Shown one piece after another: positions 48,407 to 57,720 of a stretch of DNA of 64,000 nt (positions within the stretch are counted from its first letter, which is position 1; each line of letters starts with the position of its first letter). Below the pieces are notes generated by a model. The model had not been told where the DNA came from and ran no database searches. It saw only the letters and a list, made by a program, of their open reading frames with translations. Source of the stretch: Planctomycetota bacterium (lineage in GTDB: Bacteria > Planctomycetota > J058); contig JAWKSZ010000023.1 in the NCBI GenBank assembly GCA_041402045.1, positions 32,837 through 96,836 of the forward strand. The letters are read 5' to 3'. The position numbers and the translations under genes were made by a program.

Positions 48407-49087
48407 CTACTCCTCCGCTTGCTCGGCGTTGCGCGCGCGATCCAGCTCGCGGTTTCTCTTCCGTTGCTCTTCCTTCTTGCGCCGGTTGTCTTCCGCTTGG
48501 ATCTTGCCCTCGTGCTTCTTGAGGATCTTCTCGTCACGTTCCTCGGCGACCTTCCTCTTGTCTTCCGGTATCAACGCTCGATGGCGCTCAAGTCGCTTCT
48601 GCCTCCCTACAGTCTCGTCCACGAACAGGTTGATTGCGCTGAACAGCTCGTCAGCGATCGAGGGATCCTCGTCGAACTTGATCTCGGACGGGTGCACGGC
48701 GTCGTTGCCGTAGAGCCGGATCAGGTCGGCAGTCCTGATTACGTCTTCGTGGACGCCCTTGACCTTCAACTCAGCGATCTTCTGGTCGATCGTGCTGGTC
48801 GGGCTGTTGGGCTTGCAATCCAGTTGGTCGTGCAGGAAGTGGTCTAGGGCGAGGCGAAGCAAGGCCGCCGTAGCGCGCGTTGAATGCGGCAGGACCCGGC
48901 GCGCTTCCTCGAAAATCTCCAGAGCAGCTCCCTTCAGGTCCTCGTGTGGTTCGGGAGCGTCGAGCTTGAGCGGCCATAGCAACTCGCCAAACCTCGATTC
49001 TACTTCCACTAGATCGTCGTCTTGGACGATGCCTCGAAATTGATCCAGCCAAGTAGCTGTCTTGGAGCAGTGGTGGCGGGTGGACAC
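48407..49087 (-). CDS. DUF4145-domain protein with K/R/E-rich C-terminal tail
   Basis: LDHFLHDQLD...KIAELKVKGV...DLIRLYGNDAVHPSE matches the DUF4145 signature (…KI..L...G.I...IR..GN.aaH). GTG start. AT-richer codons. Confidence 0.65.
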   Translation of the reverse strand: MSTRHHCSKTATWLDQFRGIVQDDDLVEVESRFGELLWPLKLDAPEPHEDLKGAALEIFEEARRVLPHSTRATAALLRLALDHFLHDQLDCKPNSPTSTIDQKIAELKVKGVHEDVIRTADLIRLYGNDAVHPSEIKFDEDPSIADELFSAINLFVDETVGRQKRLERHRALIPEDKRKVAEERDEKILKKHEGKIQAEDNRRKKEEQRKRNRELDRARNAEQAEE

Positions 49088-50089
49088 CAGAAGAGTGAAT
49101 CTGTAGGGTAGCTGACTCCCACCCCTGGTGCTTCACTCGCAGCCAGTTCTGCATGGACGCCGCACCACAGTGCGGACACTTGATCACCCGCTTTCGGAAG
49201 CCCGGGCGCCGAACTTCGCCTTCAAGTGCTTCAGAACTTCTTCCTGGCTTAGCTCGCTCACGTGGATCTCCTTGGTCAATATCTCCGGCGAGGTCGTTGG
49301 CCTGGAGTGCGCACTGGTAGGCGTCATAGACACAAAAGATCGCGAGGCAGAACCAGCCGAGGAAGACCAGTAGGAACGCTGCCGGGTCTGCGTGGCTCGC
49401 GATTATCACCGCCCAGAAGATCGTCACACCAACGATCGGCGCGAAGAAGAAGGTCAAGCCTCGGAGCGCGCGCCCGGCGTAGAGCTGCCCGAGGCCGAGA
49501 ATGAAGAAGGAGAGCACGGCCGCGGTTCCGGGGTTCGCCTGTTGACGGACGATGACGACGCGCGACGACCCCCAGCTCGCACCCGCCCCGACGCGCGTCT
49601 CCGCTGAGAGCTCCTGCGTGAGCTCCCGCGGCGCTGCGGGCCCCTGGCCTCCCGAACCTCGCAGCCGCAGAACCGGCACACGCGGGCGGCCGGTTTGATC
49701 AGCTCCGCGCAGTCGGGGCAAGGAACCTCGGTCACCGGGGTGATCGGCTGGCTGTCGAACCCGCTGGGCTCTTGCTTCGCGGCCTTGGCGCGCTCAAACT
49801 CGAGCTTGGCCCAGGCCAGGTCCAGCTTTTCCTGTTCGAGCTTCGAGCGCTCCTCCTCTACGGTCGGCGGCTCGTTGCCGACCATGGTGTTGAACACCTC
49901 GCCGGAGTCCGTGGGGAGGGCGTCCTCGGCGCTCTGGCTCACCCCTGCGTCCTTCTGCGCCGCGATCTCCGGGAGCGTGGGCACCTTCACGCCGCTCTTG
50001 CACTTGGGACACTTGCCAGTGGCGCCCGCGTGCTTGCTGCTGACCCGGATCCGCCGGGAGCACTGGGGGCAGGGGAAGAAGATCGGCAT
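48771..50089 (-). pseudogene. double zinc-ribbon + TM2-like membrane protein, apparently frameshifted
   Basis: Frame 1 (50089-49454) has CPQC...CPKC and CPDC...CRFCGC zinc ribbons, then an R/S-rich tail. Frame 2 (49721-~49150) carries the TM2-like hydrophobic core (AVLSFFILGLGQLYAGRALRGLTFFFAPIVG...) and runs on across the DUF4145 gene. Confidence 0.4.
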
Positions 50090-50198
50090 GCGCCGAGCCT
50101 ACAGGACTGGTCGCTGCACATCGACCAATCAGAGAATGTTGGCGAGCGGGTGGGCCGAGTGTGTCTTAGCTGTGGCGGCTGCCGCCGGATAGGCTGAC

Positions 50199-50972
50199 AT
50201 GTGGGGAGGTCGCGTGAGCGTCAACGAGCCTATGCAGCCGCAGGAGGAGAGCAAGAAGGAGGTCGTCTTGCGCGGACTCGGGTTCGCGCTGGCGGGTATG
50301 GGGATTTACGCCGCGCCCGCTGTCGTGGAGATGGCTCTTGCAGTCGACAAGGCGAACAAGGCCCGCGTGCAGGAGGCCTTGGCCAGCGAGGTGAGCACCG
50401 CAACCAAGGCCGAGCTTGGCCAGCTGAGGGACCTAATCAGCGGTTTAGAGAACAGGGCCGAACTCAGTGAACGGCGGCAGGCTACCTTCCTGAAGCTCTT
50501 CCTAGAGGCGGGGACCCACCCGGAACCGGACTTTCAGCGCGCCAAGGCCCGCCTTGTCGCCAGGCTGGGTCTTGGGAGGGTTGGTGAGTCAGAAGCCCTA
50601 GAGGCCTCGATGCTCATGGATCGGATGGTCCGGGACGACCTCCTATGCCTCCAGATCGTCGACGGGCTCGAGTCTGAGGGCGTGGGAGTCTGGCCGGAGA
50701 AGGGAAGCGGCCCTAACACCAGCAGGCAGCCGCTGGACAACGTACGCGGGTCGCACGAGGACTCATTGATCGACCTAGCGCGACAGAGAGCAGGTCGCAC
50801 CGAGGACTACTGGGATGAACGGATCACGCGGGCGATCCAGCTGGGCACGCTCAAGACTCCGCGGCGGCGCTCCATCGGTCAGGAGCACTACCGTGTTTTG
50901 GCAACGACTGCGATCGGGCGACTGATCGCCGATCAGTTCCGGTGCGAAGCCAAGCCTGGTCTGAACGATTAG
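50199..50972 (+). CDS. hypothetical protein
   Basis: 257-aa ORF. Alternative starts at GTG 50214 (GGGGAGG upstream) or ATG 50232. Confidence 0.5.
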   Translation: MWGGRVSVNEPMQPQEESKKEVVLRGLGFALAGMGIYAAPAVVEMALAVDKANKARVQEALASEVSTATKAELGQLRDLISGLENRAELSERRQATFLKLFLEAGTHPEPDFQRAKARLVARLGLGRVGESEALEASMLMDRMVRDDLLCLQIVDGLESEGVGVWPEKGSGPNTSRQPLDNVRGSHEDSLIDLARQRAGRTEDYWDERITRAIQLGTLKTPRRRSIGQEHYRVLATTAIGRLIADQFRCEAKPGLND

Positions 50973-51067
50973 CCTACAGCGCGGGTGAGGCAGCCGATCC
51001 AGGGAGAGGTCGTCGGTGAAACTGCTCGGACGACGGGGCGCAGGGCCGTGAGCACCAGTTTCCGCGG

Positions 51068-51103
51068 GCCCGCCCCCGTGGCGGGCTTCGTTCGTTCCGG
51101 AGG
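51068..51103 (+). repeat. 36-bp direct repeat, right copy (att-like)
   Basis: Identical to 46261-46296. Lies just 3' of the convergent secreted-protein gene. Confidence 0.85.
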
Positions 51104-51115
51104 CGGCGAAGGCCG

Positions 51116-52282
51116 CTACTTGGTCCACTTGACCGCGAACACCGCCCGGTGACCCGGGTACTCGCTCAGCGACCAGAGGTTGCCCTTGCTGGGGGTGAAG
51201 GTCAGATCCTCGGGGCCGTAGGCCCACTCCCGCGCCGCGCTCGGGGTGAAAGGGGCCGTGGCGTAGAGCCGGCCGTGGTTGCGGAAGCGGCGGATCTTCT
51301 GGCTGCTGCAGGCGAGCTGGAAGCGCCCGCGCCAGGAGAGGGCCCCCTGTACACGGTCCTGGTTGGCGACGAAGACCTCGGCCGGGTGGATCGCCCCCGC
51401 GCCCTCGAGGAGCCCGCTCACCGGGTGGAAGGACCAGCGCGCGAGCTTGCCGTCGACCGCGTCCTTCACGTACTCGCCGGTCAGGAGCGAGGGCGGGTTC
51501 GTGCTGCGGTCGACCGAGACGAAGGAGAAGCGCAGGTCCGCGCTGGCGCCGGTCAAGCGGTAGGCGCCGACCTGCGGGAGCACGTAGCGGTAGTCGAAGG
51601 CGTAGAACCGGCCCCCGCTGCGTCCGATCGTCTCGCGCTTGCCCGTGCTCACCCGCAGGATCCGCTGGGTGTCGAACACCCGGAAGCCCCGGGTCGTGTC
51701 CACGGCGTAGAGGTAGCGCCCGACCCAGGCGATCCCGCCCGCGTGGATCGGGACCGGACGGAAGCTCGCGTCGCCGCTCGCGTCGCGGGTGGGCTCCACG
51801 AGCAGCACGTGCCGGTAGCGCACCCGCTGCATGGAGGTCACGTCGACGAAGCTGACCCGCACGCCCTTGTTGACCGCGCTCGAGCTCTCCTCGCGCTTGA
51901 AATACCAGCTCGCGAGCAGGATCCGCTTCCCGCCCAGGGACTCCGAGGGGAAGGCGGCGGCGGTCCCGCTGATCCCTTGCGGCCACCAGTACTCGACGGC
52001 GTCGTCGCCGCGGTCCCAGCGGAAGCCGGTGTGGATCCGAATCCCGTCCAAGCTCCTGCCGAGGGGCCGGCCCTCGCGGTTGGCGTCGGCGACGACCTGG
52101 AGCACGCTCGCGCGGGGGAGCTGGCGGGCCAGCTCGTCGGTCAGCCCGTCGAGCCGGGTCCACTCCGCGGGGTCTTCGCCGAGGGAGAACGCGCGGGGGG
52201 AGAGGGGCCGGAGGCCCTGGTGCTCCTGGGCCAGCGCGGGGAAGGTCGCGAGCAGGGCCAGGGCGGCGGTGGGGAGTTTCAT
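51116..52282 (-). CDS. secreted hypothetical protein
   Basis: 388 aa. Signal peptide MKLPTAALALLATFPALA. Mostly beta-like composition. Confidence 0.7.
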   Translation of the reverse strand: MKLPTAALALLATFPALAQEHQGLRPLSPRAFSLGEDPAEWTRLDGLTDELARQLPRASVLQVVADANREGRPLGRSLDGIRIHTGFRWDRGDDAVEYWWPQGISGTAAAFPSESLGGKRILLASWYFKREESSSAVNKGVRVSFVDVTSMQRVRYRHVLLVEPTRDASGDASFRPVPIHAGGIAWVGRYLYAVDTTRGFRVFDTQRILRVSTGKRETIGRSGGRFYAFDYRYVLPQVGAYRLTGASADLRFSFVSVDRSTNPPSLLTGEYVKDAVDGKLARWSFHPVSGLLEGAGAIHPAEVFVANQDRVQGALSWRGRFQLACSSQKIRRFRNHGRLYATAPFTPSAAREWAYGPEDLTFTPSKGNLWSLSEYPGHRAVFAVKWTK

Positions 52283-52406
52283 GCCTGGCTCAGCGCAAAC
52301 CCGAGCCCGGGCGTAAGTCGTGCTTATCGGAGGGAAGCGTGTCGGCTGCAGAGCCGATCGCCTCGCCTGAAAAGAATGCGCACAGGTCGCGGTGACCCGC
52401 GCGCGC

Positions 52407-53828
52407 CTACTTCAGCTCGTCGGTGACGAACGCGCGCCAGCGCGCCTGCAGGGCGTCCAGGTCGACCTTGGCGAAGGAGTCGTCGAAGGCCTCGCGGGCG
52501 TCCTTGCCCCGGGACAGCGCCTTGAAGTAGCGCTTGAGCGGGTCGAAGTAGGCGCGCCCGTCGGCCTCACACAGGAAATACACCATGGCCCAAGCCTGGG
52601 CGTAGTGGTCGCTCACCGACGCCGCGGCGTACATCTCCGCCTGCGTCATGGTCATGAGCCGCTCGAAGGGCACGTCTTCCCCTTTGGCGACGAGCTTGCG
52701 CACGCGCTTGGTCCGCCACGGGTTGGGCCGGATCTTCATGCCCGGGCGCGGCGCCTCCACGTAGTCCGAGGGGCCGAAGTAGTCGGCCAGCCCCTCGTTC
52801 AGCCACTGCGGCGCGGGCTGCTCCAGCACCCCGTCCAGGAACTGGTGGAAGCCCTCGTGGTAGAGCACCAGCAGGGTGTCCGACTCCTCGGGGTAGCGGT
52901 AGAGGAAGAGCTGCTTGAACGCGGGGTCGAAGTGGCCGCCCGCGCTCTGCGGCCCGCCGCTCTGGTGGTACTCCGCCTTCTCCTTGAACACCACGATCGA
53001 GCCCTTGCGCTTGCTCCTCGAGCGGGGGAAGAGCGTGGTGTAGAGCTTGCGGATCAGCTCGGCGTGCTCCGCGATCCGCTCGGCGAAGGCCTGGTCCACG
53101 TTCGTGCGCACCACGTAGTGCTTTGTCTCGCAGGTGAAGGTCTCGGGCCAGTCGGGGCCCTCGAGCACGAGCTTCAGCTTGCGGTCGAGGAGCATGAGCC
53201 CGAAGTGCATGGCGTTGACCTCGAGCCCCGCCCGAGTGTCCTCCCGCGCCTCCTCGAAGCGCTGCAGCCGCGTGAGGAGCGAGGCGCGCATGAGCCGCGC
53301 CTGCTGGACCTGGGGCGCGGCCTTGAGCGCGCGCCCGTAGTGGGTCAGCGCCTCGTCGGCGTCTCCCGCCCAGCGGCACGCGTCGCCCAGGGCGAGCATG
53401 GCCTCGTGGAACCCCGAGTTGCGCTTGATCGCCTCCCGCAGCCGCCGCTGGGCGCGGGGGTAGTCCCCGAGCACGGTGTAGGCGATCCCCAGGTGGTAGT
53501 CCGCCAGCGCGCACGTCGCGTCCAGCTCGCGCACCTCCTCCAGACCCTCGATCGCGGCCTGGACTCGCGCGCGGCCCTCCTCGCCCGAGCGCTTGCCGAA
53601 GGCCGCCTTCCAGCCCTCGATCGCCTGGGCGTAGCGCTCCTTGGTGGCCGCGCTCAGCCAGGCGGGGAGCTCCAGGTTCGGCCCGGGGAGCGGCTCGACG
53701 AAGGTCGGGGTCTCGGCCCCCGGGTCGCGGGGCGCGTGGGGACGCGCGGCGGCGGAGTCTTCACCCGCCCGCGTGGGGGGCGCCGCGAGGCTCAGGAGCA
53801 CGGTCAGGGCGCAGCAGGTCCAGCGCAC
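52407..53828 (-). CDS. secreted TPR protein with DUF1570-like putative zincin domain (HEGFH)
   Basis: 473 aa. GTG with GGAGG 6 nt upstream. Signal peptide. TPR segment. LVLYHEGFHQF motif. Confidence 0.75.
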   Translation of the reverse strand: MRWTCCALTVLLSLAAPPTRAGEDSAAARPHAPRDPGAETPTFVEPLPGPNLELPAWLSAATKERYAQAIEGWKAAFGKRSGEEGRARVQAAIEGLEEVRELDATCALADYHLGIAYTVLGDYPRAQRRLREAIKRNSGFHEAMLALGDACRWAGDADEALTHYGRALKAAPQVQQARLMRASLLTRLQRFEEAREDTRAGLEVNAMHFGLMLLDRKLKLVLEGPDWPETFTCETKHYVVRTNVDQAFAERIAEHAELIRKLYTTLFPRSRSKRKGSIVVFKEKAEYHQSGGPQSAGGHFDPAFKQLFLYRYPEESDTLLVLYHEGFHQFLDGVLEQPAPQWLNEGLADYFGPSDYVEAPRPGMKIRPNPWRTKRVRKLVAKGEDVPFERLMTMTQAEMYAAASVSDHYAQAWAMVYFLCEADGRAYFDPLKRYFKALSRGKDAREAFDDSFAKVDLDALQARWRAFVTDELK

Positions 53829-54037
53829 GAGGCACCTCCAGGCCAGGATCCTAGCGCGTCAGGCGCTAGCGCCGAAGCGCAGCCTTGGATTCTCTGCGTG
53901 TGCAGGCGTGGCGCGCGAAACGTTTCGCAGGGCGCGTCGGTCTCGGGGAACTCAAGGCCAGCGGCGCTCAGGGCTTGGCCGCCTGGCACCGGAAACCTTG
54001 CACGAAAACCTTTCAGCGAATCGTCGCAGGGCGCGAC

Positions 54038-55696
54038 TCAGTAGTCGCTGAACAGGGACTTGAACACGAGGAACGCGCCGCCGAGCCCCGCCAGCACGAA
54101 CATCACGATCGCCAGCGCGGGGTAGCCGAGCAGGGTGTAGCTCGACTCGACCCTCATGACCAGCGCCGCGCCCACGATCATGGCCGCCAGCACCAGGCCC
54201 GCGGCGACGCGGTTGGCGATCTTCTGCAAGCCGCGCAGCAGCTCGCGCTCGTCGATCGCGTCGACCTTGACCTGCAGCTCGTGCTCGGCAGCCATGTCGA
54301 GCAAGCGCGCGACCTGGGCCGGGATCCGTTCGGCCAGGTCGCGCGCCCGCAGCATGCGGTCGAAGGCGTTGAGCAGGGTCACGTCCTGACCCAGGTGCTC
54401 GCGGATCAGGCCCGCAGCCTCCTCTCGGATCAAGCGGGTGGGGTCGAGGTCCGGGGCCAGGATCCGCACCGCGCTCTCGAGGTAGGCCAGCGCCCGCCCC
54501 GCCTGGGGGATCTGATCGGGCAGGCGCACGGTGTGGCGCTGGCAGGCCTTGGCGGTGGCGAGCATGACCTGACCCAGGCGCAGTTGGGCGAAGTCCGAGT
54601 TGTGGTTCTCGACGACCAGGCGCGCGATCGCCTCCACGAAGCCGTGGTGGTCGAGGTTCGGCGGCGCCTGGCCGACGTCGAGCATGAGCCGCGCGACGCG
54701 CTCGCCGCGGCCCTCCGCCAGCGCGAGGACCATCATCAGGAGCTGCTCGCGGAGCTGCGGGCCGACGCGCCCGACCATGCCGCAATCGATCAGCCCCAAC
54801 CGGTCGTCGTTCAGGAGCAGCATGTTGCCGGGGTGGGGGTCGGCGTGGAACAGTCCGGCGACCAGGATCTGCTGGAGGTACGAGCGCAGCAGCTCCTCGG
54901 CCAGCCGCTCGCCGTCGATCCGCTCGAGCTGCTCGGGGGTCGCCTCGGTGATCTTGGTCCCGAGCATGAACTCCATGGTCAGGACCCGCGGGCTGCACAG
55001 CTCGGGGTAGGCCTGGACCACCCGCAGCCCGTCGAAGGGGTCGAAGATCGCCCCCAGCTCCTGCATGTTGCGGGCCTCGGCCTCGTAGTCCGTCTCGTTG
55101 AGCATGGTCCGGCGCGCCGTCTCCAGGGCGTCTTGGATCGCGACCCCCTCCAGGCGGCGCTCGACCAGCGCCGCGAGCTGCTGGAAGGCCTCGAAGTCCA
55201 GCTCGATCTGGCGGCGAATGTTTGGACGCAGGACCTTGACCGACACCTGCCGCCCGTCGAGGGTGATCCCGCGGTGCACCTGACCGATCGACGCCGCCGC
55301 CAGGGGCTCCTCGTCGAAGCTGCGGAACAGCGCCTCGAGCGGCCGGCCGAGGTCCTCCTCGACGATCTCGCGCACCTGCTCCGAAGGGAACGGCTGAATG
55401 TCGCTCTGGAGCTTGGTCAAGGCCTCGACGTAGCGCGGCGGCAACAGGTCGCTCTGCGCGCTCAAGGTCTGGCCGATCTTGACCGCGACCGGCCCCAGCT
55501 TCTCCAGCTCCTCTGCGAGCTGCGCGGGCTCCTCACTGCCTTCGCCCAGCCGCGCCCACTCGGGGTCGGAGGGGCCGTCCCCCCGGAGCAGCGCGCGCGC
55601 GAGGTCGCCGCGGGCGAAGCGCATGACGACCGCGATCAGGTCGCGGTGCCGGCTCCGAATGTCCTTGCGGAACAGGAGTGAAGCGACGAGTCCCAT
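54038..55696 (-). CDS. UbiB/ABC1-family atypical kinase
   Basis: 552 aa. AASIGQVH, HADPHPGN, IDCGM motifs. C-terminal TM helices. Confidence 0.9.
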   Translation of the reverse strand: MGLVASLLFRKDIRSRHRDLIAVVMRFARGDLARALLRGDGPSDPEWARLGEGSEEPAQLAEELEKLGPVAVKIGQTLSAQSDLLPPRYVEALTKLQSDIQPFPSEQVREIVEEDLGRPLEALFRSFDEEPLAAASIGQVHRGITLDGRQVSVKVLRPNIRRQIELDFEAFQQLAALVERRLEGVAIQDALETARRTMLNETDYEAEARNMQELGAIFDPFDGLRVVQAYPELCSPRVLTMEFMLGTKITEATPEQLERIDGERLAEELLRSYLQQILVAGLFHADPHPGNMLLLNDDRLGLIDCGMVGRVGPQLREQLLMMVLALAEGRGERVARLMLDVGQAPPNLDHHGFVEAIARLVVENHNSDFAQLRLGQVMLATAKACQRHTVRLPDQIPQAGRALAYLESAVRILAPDLDPTRLIREEAAGLIREHLGQDVTLLNAFDRMLRARDLAERIPAQVARLLDMAAEHELQVKVDAIDERELLRGLQKIANRVAAGLVLAAMIVGAALVMRVESSYTLLGYPALAIVMFVLAGLGGAFLVFKSLFSDY

Positions 55697-55986
55697 GCCT
55701 CCGGGACTGCAAATCCTCCGCCGGAGGCGTGGCTCCGCGCTCGACGGACTTAGCGACGGCGTGGGACGCAGGTGTCCCGTCCCAGCCCCACGGGTCGCGC
55801 CGAGGTCGGCGGTCGTTTACCGTGGGCGCCATGACGCGCAACACGCACCACGCATACGGCTGAGTGCCCGACTCGGGCGGCGAGTTCGCCGCCGAGGGTC
55901 CGGCCCGGGCGTTCCGGGCGCGGCGCGGCCCCCGGTAGCGTCCCCGCCTCCCGAGGCTCGCTGGTCGGCGAGCGACGGAGGAGTGG

Positions 55987-56604
55987 GTGGAGTCCGAGGA
56001 CTTCCAACTCGAGGCGGGGCTCGACCCCGAGGAGCAGGCCCGCGCTGAGGCGCTGCTGAGCCAGCTCGCGGCCTGGGAGGGCCAGCGCTGCGCCCGCTGC
56101 GCCGTCGCGCTCTGCGGGCACGAGCTGACCGTGAGCTGGGCCATGGGCTTCAAGCGCGCCCCGGTGTGTTTGAGCTGCTTCGCGCAGGTCCTCGAGCGAC
56201 CGCTGGCCGAGGCGCGGGAGGACGTGCACGCGCGGATCACGCGCCGGGACTGCTTCCGCCAGGGGTGGCTCTGGGCCAGCGCCCGCGAAGGCTTCGGGGA
56301 GGACGACCGCCCCGCCTGCCTCTGGGTCGGTGGGTCCGCCGCCGAGGCACCGCCGGCGCCCCCCACGAGCGCCGCCCCCCCCGCGCGCGCCGACGGCCGG
56401 TGGGACGCCGGGGACATGAGCTGCGGCGACCTGGTGCTCGCGCTCCGCGGCAAGCTCGGCGAGCTCCCGCCGGGGGCGGTCCTCCTGCTCCGCGCCCTGG
56501 ACTCCGCCGCGCCCGAGGATATTCCGGCCTGGTGTCGGGTCACCCGCAACCCTTTGCTCCGCGAGGAGCACCCTCTCTACTGGATTCGTCGAAAGGACGC
56601 CTGA
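55987..56604 (+). CDS. Cys-rich N-terminal domain fused to TusA-like sulfur-carrier domain (CGD variant of CPxP)
   Basis: 205 aa. CARCAVALCGHE...CLSC, then GDMSCGDLVLALRGKL...PAWCRVTRN. Confidence 0.65.
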   Translation: MESEDFQLEAGLDPEEQARAEALLSQLAAWEGQRCARCAVALCGHELTVSWAMGFKRAPVCLSCFAQVLERPLAEAREDVHARITRRDCFRQGWLWASAREGFGEDDRPACLWVGGSAAEAPPAPPTSAAPPARADGRWDAGDMSCGDLVLALRGKLGELPPGAVLLLRALDSAAPEDIPAWCRVTRNPLLREEHPLYWIRRKDA

Positions 56605-56605
56605 C

Positions 56606-56971
56606 ATGTCGACCAACAAGATCTGTGTGAGCCTGACCCACGCCAAGAACGACACCGACAAGGCCACCGTGGCCTTCGTCGTGGCCAACGCCAGCGTGGC
56701 CTCGGAGCAGGAGACGACCGTGTTCCTCAGCACCGAGGGCGTGCGCCTGGCCGAGCGAGGCTACGCCGACGACGTGCACGAGGACGGCTTCGCCCCGCTC
56801 AAGGAGCTCATGGACAACTACGCCCAGGCCGGCGGCACGATCTGGGTGTGCTCGCCCTGCTTCAAGAAGCGCGGGCTGAACGAGGAGCGCCTGGTCCCCG
56901 GCGCCAAGATCGTGGGTGGCGCCAAGCTGGTCGAGCTCCTCAGCCAGGGCGCTGGCTGCGTCAGCTACTGA
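56606..56971 (+). CDS. DsrE/DsrF-like (YchN-fold) protein
   Basis: 121 aa. ATG 2 nt after the upstream stop. TIWVCSPCFKKRG motif. Confidence 0.7.
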   Translation: MSTNKICVSLTHAKNDTDKATVAFVVANASVASEQETTVFLSTEGVRLAERGYADDVHEDGFAPLKELMDNYAQAGGTIWVCSPCFKKRGLNEERLVPGAKIVGGAKLVELLSQGAGCVSY

Positions 56972-56975
56972 CCCC

Positions 56976-57710
56976 GTGAGCGCGGAGTCCCCCCTCCCTG
57001 CGCCGGACGCGGTGTGCGACGGCGGCGACCTCGACTGCGGGAGCGGGCTGCTGCTGATCATTCGCGACGCCATGCAGCCCCTCGACCCTGGGGGGCTGCT
57101 CGAGGTGCGCAGCCGCGAGATCTCCGTGGTCGAGGACCTCCCGGCCTGGTGCCGCATGGTGGGCCACGCGCTCCTGGGCGTGACCCCCGGCGAGGGGAAG
57201 TATCAGCACTTCCTGATCCGCAAGAAGGGCGGCGACGACGCGGACCTGGCCACCGACCTCGAGGCGGCGCGGAGCTTCGAGTGGCGCGCGCGGATCCGCT
57301 GGACCGAGGGCATGCGCGCGCGGGCCTACGTGCGCAACCACGTCTGGGAGCTGGGCCAGCCCGCGAGCTTCGACACCGAGGACGCGGCGGCGAGCGCCGT
57401 CGAACACCTGCTCGCCGCCCTCGCCGGCTGCCTGGCCGTAGGCTTCCAGTGGCGCTGCTCGCGGGCCAAGATCGAGGTGTGGAACCTCGAGGTCACGGTG
57501 CGCGCGCAGGCCCAGAACGTGCTCGTGTTCCTCGGGATCGAGGACGAGGGTCACCCCGGGCTGGCCAAGGTCGTGGGCAAGCTCTACGTCGACGCCGACG
57601 CAGACGACGCGACGTTGCAGGCGCTGTGGCAGGAGACCCTGCGCCGCTCGCCGGTGGCCCAGACCCTGCGCCGCGAGACCCCGCTCGAGATCGAGCTCGA
57701 CAAGGTGTGA
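56976..57710 (+). CDS. TusA-like domain fused to OsmC/Ohr-family domain
   Basis: GTG 5 nt after the upstream stop. LDCGSGLLLIIRDAM...PAWCRMVGH (TusA-like) then AVEHLLAALAGCLAVGF (OsmC-like). Confidence 0.7.
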   Translation: MSAESPLPAPDAVCDGGDLDCGSGLLLIIRDAMQPLDPGGLLEVRSREISVVEDLPAWCRMVGHALLGVTPGEGKYQHFLIRKKGGDDADLATDLEAARSFEWRARIRWTEGMRARAYVRNHVWELGQPASFDTEDAAASAVEHLLAALAGCLAVGFQWRCSRAKIEVWNLEVTVRAQAQNVLVFLGIEDEGHPGLAKVVGKLYVDADADDATLQALWQETLRRSPVAQTLRRETPLEIELDKV

Positions 57711-57720
57711 GGCACGCTCC

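Larger units (their letters stand above)
46297..51067. mobile_element. tRNA-His-associated genomic islet (~4.8 kb) of lower GC content, bounded by 36-bp direct repeats; no integrase present
   Basis: Codon usage and GC content shift visibly (gaa/aag/gta-rich genes). Flanking direct repeats sit adjacent to a tRNA gene. Contents are an excisionase-like HTH, a DUF4145 protein, a disrupted zinc-ribbon/TM2 gene and two hypothetical genes. Confidence 0.55.

Noticed and set aside
53980-54010. sigma-54 promoter (TGGCAC...TTGCA)
   Set aside because: The GG-to-GC spacing is 13 nt rather than the required 10. The orientation does not fit the adjacent minus-strand UbiB gene.
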